Shown here piece by piece: positions 18,560-28,397 of a stretch of 64,000 bases of DNA. Position 1 is the stretch's first letter. Every line of letters starts with the position of its first letter. The position numbers and the translations under genes are program-made. Source of the DNA: an uncultured Actinomycetota bacterium (GTDB lineage Bacteria; Actinomycetota; Actinomycetes; Propionibacteriales; Nocardioidaceae). The DNA is taken from assembly GCA_963710895.1 (NCBI GenBank), contig CAVQCB010000017.1, positions 2,516 to 66,515 on the forward strand, written 5' to 3'. The notes under the pieces were generated by a model. That model was not told the origin of the DNA. It saw only the letters and a program-made list of their open reading frames with translations, and did no database searches.

Positions 18560-19350
18560 CCGTCATCATCGATCGGGTGCGGCCGAGGGTCGCCGCTCGG
18601 GCCGTAGCTCTCGGCTATGGCTGCCTGGCCTACGCGGCCTTCCTGGTGGTGTTCCTCTACGCCGTGGCATTCGTCGAGGACGCACGGCTGGTCGTCGCAG
18701 GCACCACACTGGTGCCGCGGACCGTCGACCACGGCGGCACACTGGGCTCGACGGTCGTGGCCCTCGTGGTGGACGCGTCGCTGCTGACGATCTTCGCCGT
18801 TCAGCACAGCGTGATGGCCCGGACGGGATTCAAGCGCTGGTGGACCAGGCTGGTCCCACCACCGGTCGAGCGCAGCACCTACGTCGCCTTGGCGACGACG
18901 TGCCTGGCCCTGGTGATGGCGTGCTGGCGTCCGCTGCCCGGCACGGTCTGGGAGGTGTCGGGTGCGGCACGCGCAGCGCTGGTCACGGTGTCGTTGGCCG
19001 GCTGGCTGACCGTGCTGTCCTCGACCTTCCTGATCAACCACTTCGACCTGTTCGGTCTTCGCCAGGTCGTGGCGCACGCGCGTGGTCGGCGGCTGCCGGC
19101 GTACCGCTTCGTCACTCCGCTCTGGTACGCCGTGGTACGCCACCCGATCTACCTGGGCTTCCTGCTCGCGTTCTGGGCGGCACCGACGATGTCCGCGGGA
19201 CGGCTGCTCTTCGCGGTGGCGAGCACCGGCTACATCCTGCTCGGGATCCAGCTGGAGGAGCAGGACCTGGTGCGTGCCTTCGGGGAGCAGTACCGCGACT
19301 ACCGAAGGCGCGTGCCCATGCTGGTGCCCGGGGCGCGGCGTCATGGCTGA
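18556..19350 (+). CDS. mddA: Methanethiol S-methyltransferase MddA (ICMT/NnrU-like membrane methyltransferase)
   Basis: FAVQHSVMARTGFKRWW, VERSTYV, INHFDLFGLRQV, VRHPIYLGF, EEQDL...YRDYRRRVPM. Confidence 0.85.
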   Translation: MTVIIDRVRPRVAARAVALGYGCLAYAAFLVVFLYAVAFVEDARLVVAGTTLVPRTVDHGGTLGSTVVALVVDASLLTIFAVQHSVMARTGFKRWWTRLVPPPVERSTYVALATTCLALVMACWRPLPGTVWEVSGAARAALVTVSLAGWLTVLSSTFLINHFDLFGLRQVVAHARGRRLPAYRFVTPLWYAVVRHPIYLGFLLAFWAAPTMSAGRLLFAVASTGYILLGIQLEEQDLVRAFGEQYRDYRRRVPMLVPGARRHG

Positions 19351-20707
19351 GCAGACCCGCGACACCCTGGAGCACGCGGTGGTGATCGGCGGCAGCATGG
19401 CGGGCCTCGTGACGGCGGCCGTCCTCTCCGCGCACGCCGAACGGGTCACGATCATCGAGGGTGATGCTGCGCAGGCCGACGAGCCCCGCCACCGGAGCGT
19501 GGCGCAGGCCAGCCACACCCACGTCCTCCAGCCGCGCGGCCTGCGGGTGCTCGAGTCGGTCTATCCGGGGCTCGCCGCGTCGTTGCGTGACGCCGGGGCG
19601 GTGGTACTCGACGACCTGTCCCAGATGTCGTTCTGCGCCCTCGGTCGACGCTTCGCCCACCAGCCGCAGCCGCGTGCCATGACGCTGCTGGTCACTCGCC
19701 GACTGCTCGAGCGCGAGGTGCGGGCACGCACCCTGGCGCTCCCGCGGGTGGACCTGCGCGCACATGCCCGGGTGGTGGGGCTTGCCCCCGGGCGACCCGG
19801 GCGACCTGGCACCCGGGTCACCGGAGCGGTCGTCGCCGACGCGGAGCGCGCCGCGACGAGCACGGTGGACGCCGACCTGCTCGTCGACGCCAGTGGACGA
19901 GCCAGCAACCTGGACCGCTGGCTGCTCGACCTCGGGCACCCCGTGGCGCCGCCGCGGGAGGAGCCCGTCGGCGTGCGCTACGTCAGCCAGCCGTTGCTGC
20001 TGCCCGACGATGCGGTGCCGGAGCACCTCGTCGTGGTGGGTCCGCAACCGGGTCGGCGCCTGGGCTTCTACCTGCCTCGCTACGAGGGTGGCCTGCGCGT
20101 CTGCACCGTGATGGGCTACGGGCCCCTCGGCCCGTCGCCGGACCCCGACGGGATCCGGACCGTCACCGAGCAGCTGGCCCCTCCGCACGTGGTCGACGCG
20201 CTGCGGGGTGCCGAGAGCGTCGGCGCGGTCACGACGTACCGCTTCCCTGCGAGCCGCCGACGCACCAGGCTCGACCGGCTCCCCGACGGGCTGCTCGTCC
20301 TCGGGGACTCGCTGTGCTCCTTCAACCCGATCTACGGGCAGGGCATGACGGTCGCCGCTTGCCAGGCCGCCGCCCTGGGTGCCTCCCTGGCGTCGGGCAC
20401 CCGAGGATGGGCCCGCCGTTACAACCGTGCGGCCGAGCGGATCGCGGACCAGGCGTGGGAGGTCTCCGTCCCCGCTGACCACGCGATCTGCGGCCGTCCC
20501 CAATCGCGGCGCGAGCGCGTGGAGCAGCGCTACCTCGGCCGGTTGCTCGACCGGGCCCAGCACGATCCGGCGACCGCGGTCGCGGTGCTCGAGGTGCTGA
20601 CGATGAGCCGGCCCAAGACCTCGCTGATGCGCCCCGCGATGGTCCGCAAGGCGTGCGCACCCACCACGGCGGCGCGTCCCGGGAGGCGGGCGGCGCAGGT
20701 CGGCTGA
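19343..20707 (+). CDS. FAD-dependent oxidoreductase/monooxygenase
   Basis: AVVIGGSMAG, DASGR, LGDSLCSFNPIYGQGMTVA. Confidence 0.88.
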   Translation: MAEQTRDTLEHAVVIGGSMAGLVTAAVLSAHAERVTIIEGDAAQADEPRHRSVAQASHTHVLQPRGLRVLESVYPGLAASLRDAGAVVLDDLSQMSFCALGRRFAHQPQPRAMTLLVTRRLLEREVRARTLALPRVDLRAHARVVGLAPGRPGRPGTRVTGAVVADAERAATSTVDADLLVDASGRASNLDRWLLDLGHPVAPPREEPVGVRYVSQPLLLPDDAVPEHLVVVGPQPGRRLGFYLPRYEGGLRVCTVMGYGPLGPSPDPDGIRTVTEQLAPPHVVDALRGAESVGAVTTYRFPASRRRTRLDRLPDGLLVLGDSLCSFNPIYGQGMTVAACQAAALGASLASGTRGWARRYNRAAERIADQAWEVSVPADHAICGRPQSRRERVEQRYLGRLLDRAQHDPATAVAVLEVLTMSRPKTSLMRPAMVRKACAPTTAARPGRRAAQVG

Positions 20708-20741
20708 GCCCGAGGCGTCGGACCTGGGAGAGAATCGAGTC

Positions 20742-22301
20742 ATGGTCACCCCTCAGCTGCCCCGCAGGGTCGAGGTGCTGGCCAGCCTGTCGGTGGCCAT
20801 CGACCTCGGGCTGGGACAGCCCGCCGAGCACATGCTGCGTTCCGCGGTCATCGCCTGCCGGCTCGCGGAGCGGCTGGGGCTGAGTCGCCAGCAGGTGAGC
20901 ACGACCTACTACTCGACCCTGGTGATGTGGATCGGCTGTCACGCCGACTCCCAGGAGTACTCCCGTTGGTTCGGCGACGACATCGCGGTGCGACGCGAGG
21001 CGTACCTGGTCGACTGGGCCGGGTTGCCGTACCTGCGCTTCCTGCTGGGGAACATCGCCAAGGGTGAACCGGTCGGGCGGCGCGCCAGGGTGCTCACGAC
21101 GCTGTTGCGAGACGCCCGCGGGCAGCTCGCCACCATGATCCACTCCCACTGCACCTCCGCTGCCGCACTCGCGCGGCACCTCGGGTTCGGCGAGGACGTC
21201 GAGCGCTCGCTCGCGTTCACCTTCGAGCGCTACGACGGTCAGGGGCTTCCCCGGGGTGTCTCGGGGGAGGCCATCCCGGTCGAGATGCGCATCGCCTCGC
21301 TGGCTGACATCGCCGAGGTCCACCACCGCCTGTACGGCGTGGACGGCGCGGTGGCGATGGCCCGCAGCCGCCGCGGTGGACAGTTCGCGCCGGAGGTCGT
21401 CGACGCGTTCACCGCCGACCCGGACTCGTTGATCCCGGCGCCCGACGAGGACCTGTGGAGCTGCGCGCTCGCCCTCGCGCCGGACGCCGAGATCCGCCTC
21501 GACGCGGCCGGGCTGGACGCCCTCGTCTGCGCCATCGGCGACTTCGTCGACCTCAAGTGTCCCTTCACACTCGGTCACTCCCGCAACGTCGCGTCTCTCG
21601 CACACGCGGCCGCGCAGGTCCTGGACCTCGCTGCCGCCGAGACCAGCACGGTGCGGCTGGCCGGCCACCTGCACGACGTCGGCCGGATCGGGGTCTCCAA
21701 CCTGGCATGGTCCAAGCCGCAGAAGCTCTCCGAAGCCGAGTGGGAACGCGTGCGGATGCACCCGTACTTCACCGAGCGGGTGCTGTCGCGGATCCCCGCC
21801 CTGCACGGGGTCGCGGTGGTTGCTCGCAGCCACCACGAGCACCTCGACGGCTCCGGCTACCCGCTCGGCCTTCGCGCCCAGGCGTTGGGTCGCCCGGAGA
21901 GGCTGCTGGCCGCTGCGGTCGCCTACCGGTCGGGCCTGGAACCGCGGCCCTACCGGGAGGCGCTCACCCCCGAGGGGGCCGCAGCGCGGCTGACGGCACG
22001 GGTCGCGGCCGGGGCGCTGGACGGTGGTTGCGTCGAGGCCGTGCTCGTTGCGGCGGGCCAGGGTCCACGGCGGGTGCGCCGCGACGACGCGCTGACCGCC
22101 CGCGAGACCGAGGTCCTCGGGCTCGTCGCGCGGGGCATGAGCAACCGCGCGATCGCCGATCGACTCGTGCTCAGCGAGAAGACGGTGCGCAACCACGTCG
22201 AGCGCACCTACACCAAGATCGGCGTCACGAACCGGGTCGGGGCGAGCCTGTTCGCGCTCCAGCGCGGCCTGGTCGCGCCCGCCGACGACCTGGAAGCGTG
22301 A
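20742..22301 (+). CDS. Tandem HD/HD-GYP domains fused to LuxR-type HTH
   Basis: LHDVGRIG, HHEHLDGSGYP; degenerate first HD domain; C-terminal LTARETEVL...LSEKTVRNH. Confidence 0.88.
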   Translation: MVTPQLPRRVEVLASLSVAIDLGLGQPAEHMLRSAVIACRLAERLGLSRQQVSTTYYSTLVMWIGCHADSQEYSRWFGDDIAVRREAYLVDWAGLPYLRFLLGNIAKGEPVGRRARVLTTLLRDARGQLATMIHSHCTSAAALARHLGFGEDVERSLAFTFERYDGQGLPRGVSGEAIPVEMRIASLADIAEVHHRLYGVDGAVAMARSRRGGQFAPEVVDAFTADPDSLIPAPDEDLWSCALALAPDAEIRLDAAGLDALVCAIGDFVDLKCPFTLGHSRNVASLAHAAAQVLDLAAAETSTVRLAGHLHDVGRIGVSNLAWSKPQKLSEAEWERVRMHPYFTERVLSRIPALHGVAVVARSHHEHLDGSGYPLGLRAQALGRPERLLAAAVAYRSGLEPRPYREALTPEGAAARLTARVAAGALDGGCVEAVLVAAGQGPRRVRRDDALTARETEVLGLVARGMSNRAIADRLVLSEKTVRNHVERTYTKIGVTNRVGASLFALQRGLVAPADDLEA

Positions 22302-22407
22302 GCCTGCGACCTCGACCCGCCCGGGGGTCCCTGGCCCGTGCGTCGCCGGCACACCGTCACCGGGCGCCGACTCGTCAGCGCCGCCACCTTCGTGGTGGTG
22401 CCGAGCC

Positions 22408-23070
22408 TCAGCTCCGCCCCGGCTCCACCAGGCCGGACTGGTACGCCGCCACGACGGCTTGTGCACGGTCCCGGGCGCCGAGCTTGGCGAGCACCCGGTG
22501 CACGTGGGTCTTCACCGTCGACGGCTCGACCACCAGGTGCGCGGCGATCTCGCCGTTGGAGAGCCCACCGGCGATCAGCGCCAGCACCTCCTGCTCACGG
22601 GCGGTCAGGTGGGACACCGGCCACTCCGAGTCGGGGCTCGCCGCCGGGCGCTCCCGGACGAAGCGCTCGATCAGCCGCCGGGTGAGGCTCGGCGCGAGGA
22701 GTGCCTCGCCGGTGAGCACGGTGCGCACCGCGTCGGCCAGCCTGTCGCCGCGGATGTCCTTGAGCAGGAAGCCGCTCGCCCCGGCCCTCATCGCCTCGTA
22801 GACCCACTCGTCGCGGTCGAAGGTGGTGAGCACCACCACCTTCGGCGGCCGCGGGAGCGCCACCAGGCGGCGGGTGGCGGCGAGGCCGTCGAGTCGGGGC
22901 ATCCGGATGTCGACGAGGGCCACGTCCGGGTGCTCGTGCTCGGCCAGGGCCAGAGCCTCCATGCCGTCCGAGGCCTCGGCGACCACCCGCAGGTCGTCCT
23001 CACGCTCGAGGATCACTCGCAGGCCGTCTCGCACCAGGGCCTGGTCGTCGGCCAGCAGCACCCGGATCAC
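22408..23070 (-). CDS. NarL/LuxR family response regulator
   Basis: VLLADD, LVDIRMP, GFLLK, LTAREQEVL HTH. Confidence 0.93.
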   Translation of the reverse strand: MIRVLLADDQALVRDGLRVILEREDDLRVVAEASDGMEALALAEHEHPDVALVDIRMPRLDGLAATRRLVALPRPPKVVVLTTFDRDEWVYEAMRAGASGFLLKDIRGDRLADAVRTVLTGEALLAPSLTRRLIERFVRERPAASPDSEWPVSHLTAREQEVLALIAGGLSNGEIAAHLVVEPSTVKTHVHRVLAKLGARDRAQAVVAAYQSGLVEPGRS

Positions 23071-24239
23071 GGTGACGTCCCTGGGGTGCGCGCGCCGTCT
23101 CCCCGGTGCGTCGGCAGTGCACCACGGGCCGGGCGGCCGTTGCGCGGGATCCTCGCCCGGACCACGAAGCCGCCGCCCTCCTCCGGGGCGACGTGCAGCG
23201 ACCCGCCGTACAGCGCGATCCGCTCGGCCATCCCCGGCAGGCCGTTGCCACCGCCGAGGTCGCGTGACGGAGTCGCGGCGGCGCCGTCGTCGACGACCTC
23301 CACCTCGACCCGGTCCGGGGTCACGGCCACGCCGACCCGGACCTGCGAGCCCGGGGCGTGCTTGGCGGCATTGGTCAGCGCCTCCTGCAGCACCCGGTGC
23401 ACGGTGAGCGCCAGCCCCGGGGGGAGGTCGTCGATCCGGTCCACCGCGGGCTCGAGGCGCAGGCCGGCCCCCCGGGCGCGGTCGAGCACCTCCTCCAGCG
23501 AGGGCCGCGCCAGGGCGCTGGCCTCCTCGAGGTCCCGGGACTGGAGCAGGCCCAGCATCCGGCGCATCTCGTCCAGAGCGCCGCGCGCGGAGTCCTCGAC
23601 CGCGGCCAGGTGGCGGTCGACGTCCTCGGGGTCGTGCCGGTCGGCCAGGACCGTACGCGCGGCGGAGGTCTGCAGGACGACGACCGAGAGCCCGTGGCTG
23701 ACCACGTCGTGGAGCTCCCGGGCCAGCTGGTCACGCTGCTTGCGCAGCGCCAGCTCGCCGGCCAGCTCCGCGGCCTCGGCGCGGAGCCGGGCCACGGTGA
23801 CCTGTCGGGTGCGGTGCCCGACCATCCAGCCGGCGCCCCACATCACCGAGCAGAAGACGGAGGTCAGTGCTGCGTCCGCGGCCCACGAGCCAGGGTCTGA
23901 GGTGTAGGCCGAGACCACGACGAGCACCTCGCCGGTCGCCCAGCCGGCGACCCCGACCGGCGTGGACGCGGTCGCGCCGACCAGACCGAAGGTGACCATC
24001 AGGCCGATGAACACCACGCTCGCCTCGTGCGGCACCAGCACCAGGGCGCCGGTCAGCCCGACGAAGGGCAGCACCGTGGCCTGCACGGGCCAACGGTCGC
24101 GCAGCAGGAGGACCAGGGTCCCCAGGGCCGCGACGACCCCGGCCAGCACACCTCGCCACCCCTGCGGCACCAACCCCACCAGCTCGGCGGCCGCGAGGAG
24201 GAGCACGACCACGTCGGTGACGGAGGGCGTACGACGCAT
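23067..24239 (-). CDS. HisKA_3 sensor histidine kinase
   Basis: Multi-TM, ARELHDVVSH, QEALTNAAKHA, GNGLPGMAER. Confidence 0.92.
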   Translation of the reverse strand: MRRTPSVTDVVVLLLAAAELVGLVPQGWRGVLAGVVAALGTLVLLLRDRWPVQATVLPFVGLTGALVLVPHEASVVFIGLMVTFGLVGATASTPVGVAGWATGEVLVVVSAYTSDPGSWAADAALTSVFCSVMWGAGWMVGHRTRQVTVARLRAEAAELAGELALRKQRDQLARELHDVVSHGLSVVVLQTSAARTVLADRHDPEDVDRHLAAVEDSARGALDEMRRMLGLLQSRDLEEASALARPSLEEVLDRARGAGLRLEPAVDRIDDLPPGLALTVHRVLQEALTNAAKHAPGSQVRVGVAVTPDRVEVEVVDDGAAATPSRDLGGGNGLPGMAERIALYGGSLHVAPEEGGGFVVRARIPRNGRPARGALPTHRGDGARTPGTSP

Positions 24240-24409
24240 GTCGGAACGTTAGATCGTGGCGGCGGCTCCCGTCGTCCACCCAGCGGGTGACACGGCCGCG
24301 CACGTCCACCTGCGGCTCCACCCGAGAGCCGACGCCTCGCACCGTGCGGGCGGCCTAGCGTCGCGGAGCAGTCGCTGGGGTCGTCCCGGCACCGGACCCT
24401 GGAGGCACC

Positions 24410-24922
24410 ATGAAGCTCTCACCCGACCCACGACGGTGGGGCCGCGCGGCCCTGCCGGCCACACTGCTCCTCGCGCTCGCCGCCACCCCGGCGGTGGCCG
24501 CCCGCCATGACGGCCACGTGACCACGGCCGGCCGGCACGGGACGACGCTCCGGTTCGTCGCCACCGACGAGCGGGGCAACATGACCGTCGAGGACCTGGG
24601 GCCCCCCTCCTCCGGCGGCCCGGGACAAGGCGACCTGGTCGCCTTCACCCAGGCCCTGCACCGGGGCGGGCACCTGGTCGGCACCGCCCACGTGACCGCG
24701 ATCGGTGTCGACGCCCGCCGGCACCTCTCCGAGGCCACCGGCACGCTTCGCATCCCCCACGGCACGCTCCAGGTGGCCGGGCTGGTCGCCCAGACGCCGC
24801 GGTTCGACCTCGCGGTCACCGGAGGCACCGGTCGCTACGTCGGCGCTCGCGGGACGATGCGCTTCGACGCCGCCAGCGGCACGCAGCGGATCATCGTGCA
24901 CCTGACCCGGGTGGGCCGCTGA
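24410..24922 (+). CDS. Secreted dirigent / allene-oxide-cyclase-like beta-barrel protein
   Basis: Signal peptide ending AVA-A; GDLVAF, FDLAVTGGTGRYVGARG. Confidence 0.7.
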   Translation: MKLSPDPRRWGRAALPATLLLALAATPAVAARHDGHVTTAGRHGTTLRFVATDERGNMTVEDLGPPSSGGPGQGDLVAFTQALHRGGHLVGTAHVTAIGVDARRHLSEATGTLRIPHGTLQVAGLVAQTPRFDLAVTGGTGRYVGARGTMRFDAASGTQRIIVHLTRVGR

Positions 24923-24923
24923 G

Positions 24924-25337
24924 ATGGCCGTCGTGCACGAGCCGACGGTCGCTGCGGGACTCCCTGCCGGCGCGCGCACCTACCTCGGGTACGCCGTGAC
25001 GGTCGTCCTGGCGGGTCAGGTGGGGCTGGTGATGACGGGTGTCTATCTCGACCAGCACCGGGTGGACGGCGGGACCCTCCTCGACCGGCACTCCTACATG
25101 GACAACGCGGGATCCGGTCTCGGGTGGCTGACCGGGTCGGTCCTGGCCCCGCTGCTCGCCCTCGCGCTGCTGGCGGTCGCCGCCGGCGCGCGCGCCAGGG
25201 CCGGTGGGGTGCTCGCGCTGACCCTGGTGGTCCTCGGCTGCACCGTCTACGGCCGCGACGTCCCGGTCCTCGGCCTGGTCCAGGGCGGGGCCAGCTGCCT
25301 GGCGCTGCTGCTCGCGGTCCGCGTGGCCCGCGAGTAG
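24924..25337 (+). CDS. Small membrane protein
   Basis: About 4 TM; starts 1 nt after the preceding stop. Confidence 0.65.
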   Translation: MAVVHEPTVAAGLPAGARTYLGYAVTVVLAGQVGLVMTGVYLDQHRVDGGTLLDRHSYMDNAGSGLGWLTGSVLAPLLALALLAVAAGARARAGGVLALTLVVLGCTVYGRDVPVLGLVQGGASCLALLLAVRVARE

Positions 25338-25422
25338 CCGCCTCCCCCGGGCACCGGACCACGGCTCCCGGGGTCGGGCGGTGCGCTCGGGGCCACCGCG
25401 CCGTCCCACTACGATCGCCAGG

Positions 25423-26241
25423 GTGCACACGCTGACCAGCCTGGAGGCCTACACCGACGAGGACGGCAACGAGGTCGTCTGCAGCGGCACCTACGAGAAG
25501 AACGTCAAGGTCGTCTTCCGCGGTCGGAACAACCGCGTCTCGGTGGCCGACGGCGCCAGGATCGACAAGCTCCAGGTGGTCTTCGACTGCGACAACGGCA
25601 CCCTGGAGATCGGGCACAACCGCAAGGTCAAGGGCGGGCTCTGGAGCATCCGGGTCGGGCAGGACGCCACCGTCTCGATCGGCAACAACGTCTCCTGCAC
25701 CGGGGTGTGCATCGTCTCCGCCGTGGAGGGGGTGACCGTGCGGATCGGCCACGACGTGATGATCGCCAGCCAGAACCAGATCCGCGCCGACGACGGACAC
25801 CCCATCTTCGACATCCACACCGAGAGGCGCGTGAACCCCGCCGAGTCGATCACGATCGGCAACCACGTCTGGCTGGCGCTCGGGTCCAGCGTGCTCGCGG
25901 GCGGGCACATCGGCGAGGGCAGCGTCATCGGCTACGGCTCCGTGGTCACCGGGAGGATCCCCAACAACTGCGTCGCGGTGGGCACGCCGGCCCGTGTCGT
26001 ACGCCGCGACATTGCCTGGGAGCGTCCGCACCTGTCCTACCGGGAGCCGTTCTACAAGCCGGACGCCTCGACGGTGCAGAAGTCGCGCTACTGGAACCCG
26101 ACGGTCGAGGACCCGCCCCAGGAGCGGGACGGCCGCCGCAACACGCAGGACTCGCCGCTGCGCCGGCTGGCCCGCCGGGTCGTGAACCGGGCACGCCAGC
26201 GCGCGCCCCTCTCGGCGCGAGGGCGACTGCGGGGCCGCTGA
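25423..26241 (+). CDS. Hexapeptide-repeat (LbH) O-acyltransferase
   Basis: ITIGNHVWLALGSSVLAGGHIGEGSVIG...VGTPARVV; leaderless GTG 7 nt after TACGAT. Confidence 0.88.
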   Translation: MHTLTSLEAYTDEDGNEVVCSGTYEKNVKVVFRGRNNRVSVADGARIDKLQVVFDCDNGTLEIGHNRKVKGGLWSIRVGQDATVSIGNNVSCTGVCIVSAVEGVTVRIGHDVMIASQNQIRADDGHPIFDIHTERRVNPAESITIGNHVWLALGSSVLAGGHIGEGSVIGYGSVVTGRIPNNCVAVGTPARVVRRDIAWERPHLSYREPFYKPDASTVQKSRYWNPTVEDPPQERDGRRNTQDSPLRRLARRVVNRARQRAPLSARGRLRGR

Positions 26242-26285
26242 GCGGGCGCGGTGCCCGGTTCTGGGGGTGCGGGTTTGTAGCATCG

Positions 26286-27620
26286 AGCGATGCGTCGGGA
26301 GATCCAGGGGCTGCGTGCGGTGGCTGTGCTTCTGGTGGTGTTGTTCCATCTGTGGCCGAATCGGGTGCCGGGTGGGTATGTCGGGGTTGATGTCTTCTTT
26401 GTGATCTCGGGGTTCTTGATCACTTCCTTGGTGGTGCGGGAGGTGGATCGGACGGGGTCGGTGAGCCTGGCGCGGTTCTGGGCTCGGCGGGTGCGGCGGT
26501 TGTTGCCGGCGGCGTACCTGGTGTTGGTGGTCTCCGGGGTGGCGGTGCTGGTGTGGGTGCCGCGGTTGGTGTGGCAGCAGTTCTTCGGGGAGATCTTGGC
26601 TGCGGGTCTGTATGTGGAGAACTGGACGTTGGCGGTCAACTCGGTGGACTACCTGGCTGCGGAGAACGCGGCTTCGCCGGCGCAGCACTACTGGACGCTC
26701 TCGGCCGAGGAGCAGTTCTACGTGGTGTGGCCGTTGCTGGTGCTGGTGGGGGTGTGGCTGGCGCGGCGCCGGGCGGTCTCGCGGGGGGTTCGCGCTGCTG
26801 GCGGGGCTGCTGGTGGGGCTGCTGGTGGGGGGTCTCGTGGTGCGGTGCTGGGGGTGCTGGTGGTCGCGGTGGTGGCCTCGTTGGGGTACTCGTTGTGGAT
26901 CACCGCGACGAATCCGGCGTGGGCCTACTTCGTGACGCCGGCGCGGGCGTGGGAGTTCGGGTCGGGGGCGTTGTTGGCGTTCGCTCCGGGGGTCGCGGGC
27001 TGGTTGGGGCTCGGGGTGCGGGCGGTGCTGGGCTGGGTGGGCCTGGGGGTGTTGGTGGGGTGTGCGCTGGTCTTCGATGCGGGCACGCCGATGCCGGGGA
27101 CGGCTGCGGTGGTGGTGGTCGTGGCCTCGGCGGTGTTGATCTGGGTGGAGGCGCCGGGGGTGTGGTGGTCCTCCTCGCGGTTGTTGGTGCTGGGCCCGGC
27201 CCGGTATCTGGGGGACATCTCCTACTCGGTGTATCTGTGGCACTGGCCGTTGATCATCGTGTTGCCCTATGTGACCGATCATGGGTTGACCACGGTGGAC
27301 AAGGTCTCGATCCTGATGGCCACGGTGGGGCTCTCGGCGTTGACCAAGCGGTTCGTGGAGGATCCGGTGCGGGCTGCGCGGCGCTTCGGGTTGGCGCGGC
27401 CGCGGGTGACGTTCGCCTGGGCCGTGGTGGGGGCGGTGGTGTTGACGGTGGTGTGTGTGGTGCCGCGCCAGGAGGTGGCCGACCAGGTCGCGCAGACCGA
27501 GCGGGTGGCGGCACGGTTGGCGGCGCAGCGGCCGCCGTGCTTCGGTGCCGCGGCGCGCGACCCCGAGGCCAGCGGCTGTCCCAACCCCGACCTCGCGAAC
27601 ACCCTGGTCCCCAGCCCCGA
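26286..27620 (+). repeat. 1335-bp direct repeat, copy A (partner 28398-29732)
   Basis: Identical where read by eye; shadow ORFs on both strands recur identically at offset 2112. Confidence 0.9.
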
Positions 27621-28386
27621 GGCGGTCAAGGAGGACTGGCCGCAGTACGAGCGCTGCGTGGAGCCGCTCCTCGCGGACCCGTTGCGGCCCTGCCACTTCG
27701 GTGACCCGAAGGCCGACGTGCCGCACGTCGCGGTGATCGGGGACTCCCACGCCCGGGTGATGATGACCATGGTCGAGGAGATGGTGAAGGCCGGACAGCT
27801 CACCGCCGACATGTTCGTCATCGGCGGCTGCCCGTGGTCCACGCAGCCGATGAGCACCAAGTCCCCCGTCGGGCTGCGGTGCACCGAGTTCCGCAAGAAG
27901 CTCTTCCCGCTGCTCGACCGCACGGCCACGCGCTACGACGCGATGCTGACCACCAACCGCCTCACGATCATGAAGGGCTCCCACCGGGCGCGGGTCCGAG
28001 GGCTGTCGCAGGCCTGGAGCCGGGTGACCAAGCAGGGGGTGCCGGTGATGGTCCTGCGCGACAACCCGCAGCACAAGAACCCCGACCTGAACCCGCAGCT
28101 GTGCCTGGCGCAGGTCTCGATCCAGGAGGCCAACCAGAAGTGCGCGCTGGACCGCCACGAACGGCTCGAGCAGTGGTTCGACGCGCTGTCCATCGCGGCC
28201 CGGCGGACCCCGGGCGCCGAGGTGATCGACCTGACCCCGTTCTACTGCGACGAGAAGACGTGCCCGGTGGTGATCGGCGGCGTGAACGTCTACCTCGACA
28301 ACAACCACCTCTCGGTCACCTACGCACGCACGCTGGCGCCGTACCTCTACAAGGCGATGGTCGCCCACGGGATCCTGCACCCCTGA
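26290..28386 (+). CDS. AT3-SGNH fused O-acyltransferase, copy 1 (OafA/OatA-like)
   Basis: REIQGLRAVAV, GYVGVDVFFVISGFLI, HYWTLSAEEQFY, SYSVYLWHWP; SGNH GDSH and DNNH; leaderless after TAGCAT. Confidence 0.95.
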   Translation: MRREIQGLRAVAVLLVVLFHLWPNRVPGGYVGVDVFFVISGFLITSLVVREVDRTGSVSLARFWARRVRRLLPAAYLVLVVSGVAVLVWVPRLVWQQFFGEILAAGLYVENWTLAVNSVDYLAAENAASPAQHYWTLSAEEQFYVVWPLLVLVGVWLARRRAVSRGVRAAGGAAGGAAGGGSRGAVLGVLVVAVVASLGYSLWITATNPAWAYFVTPARAWEFGSGALLAFAPGVAGWLGLGVRAVLGWVGLGVLVGCALVFDAGTPMPGTAAVVVVVASAVLIWVEAPGVWWSSSRLLVLGPARYLGDISYSVYLWHWPLIIVLPYVTDHGLTTVDKVSILMATVGLSALTKRFVEDPVRAARRFGLARPRVTFAWAVVGAVVLTVVCVVPRQEVADQVAQTERVAARLAAQRPPCFGAAARDPEASGCPNPDLANTLVPSPEAVKEDWPQYERCVEPLLADPLRPCHFGDPKADVPHVAVIGDSHARVMMTMVEEMVKAGQLTADMFVIGGCPWSTQPMSTKSPVGLRCTEFRKKLFPLLDRTATRYDAMLTTNRLTIMKGSHRARVRGLSQAWSRVTKQGVPVMVLRDNPQHKNPDLNPQLCLAQVSIQEANQKCALDRHERLEQWFDALSIAARRTPGAEVIDLTPFYCDEKTCPVVIGGVNVYLDNNHLSVTYARTLAPYLYKAMVAHGILHP

Positions 28387-28397
28387 GTGGTGCGCTC

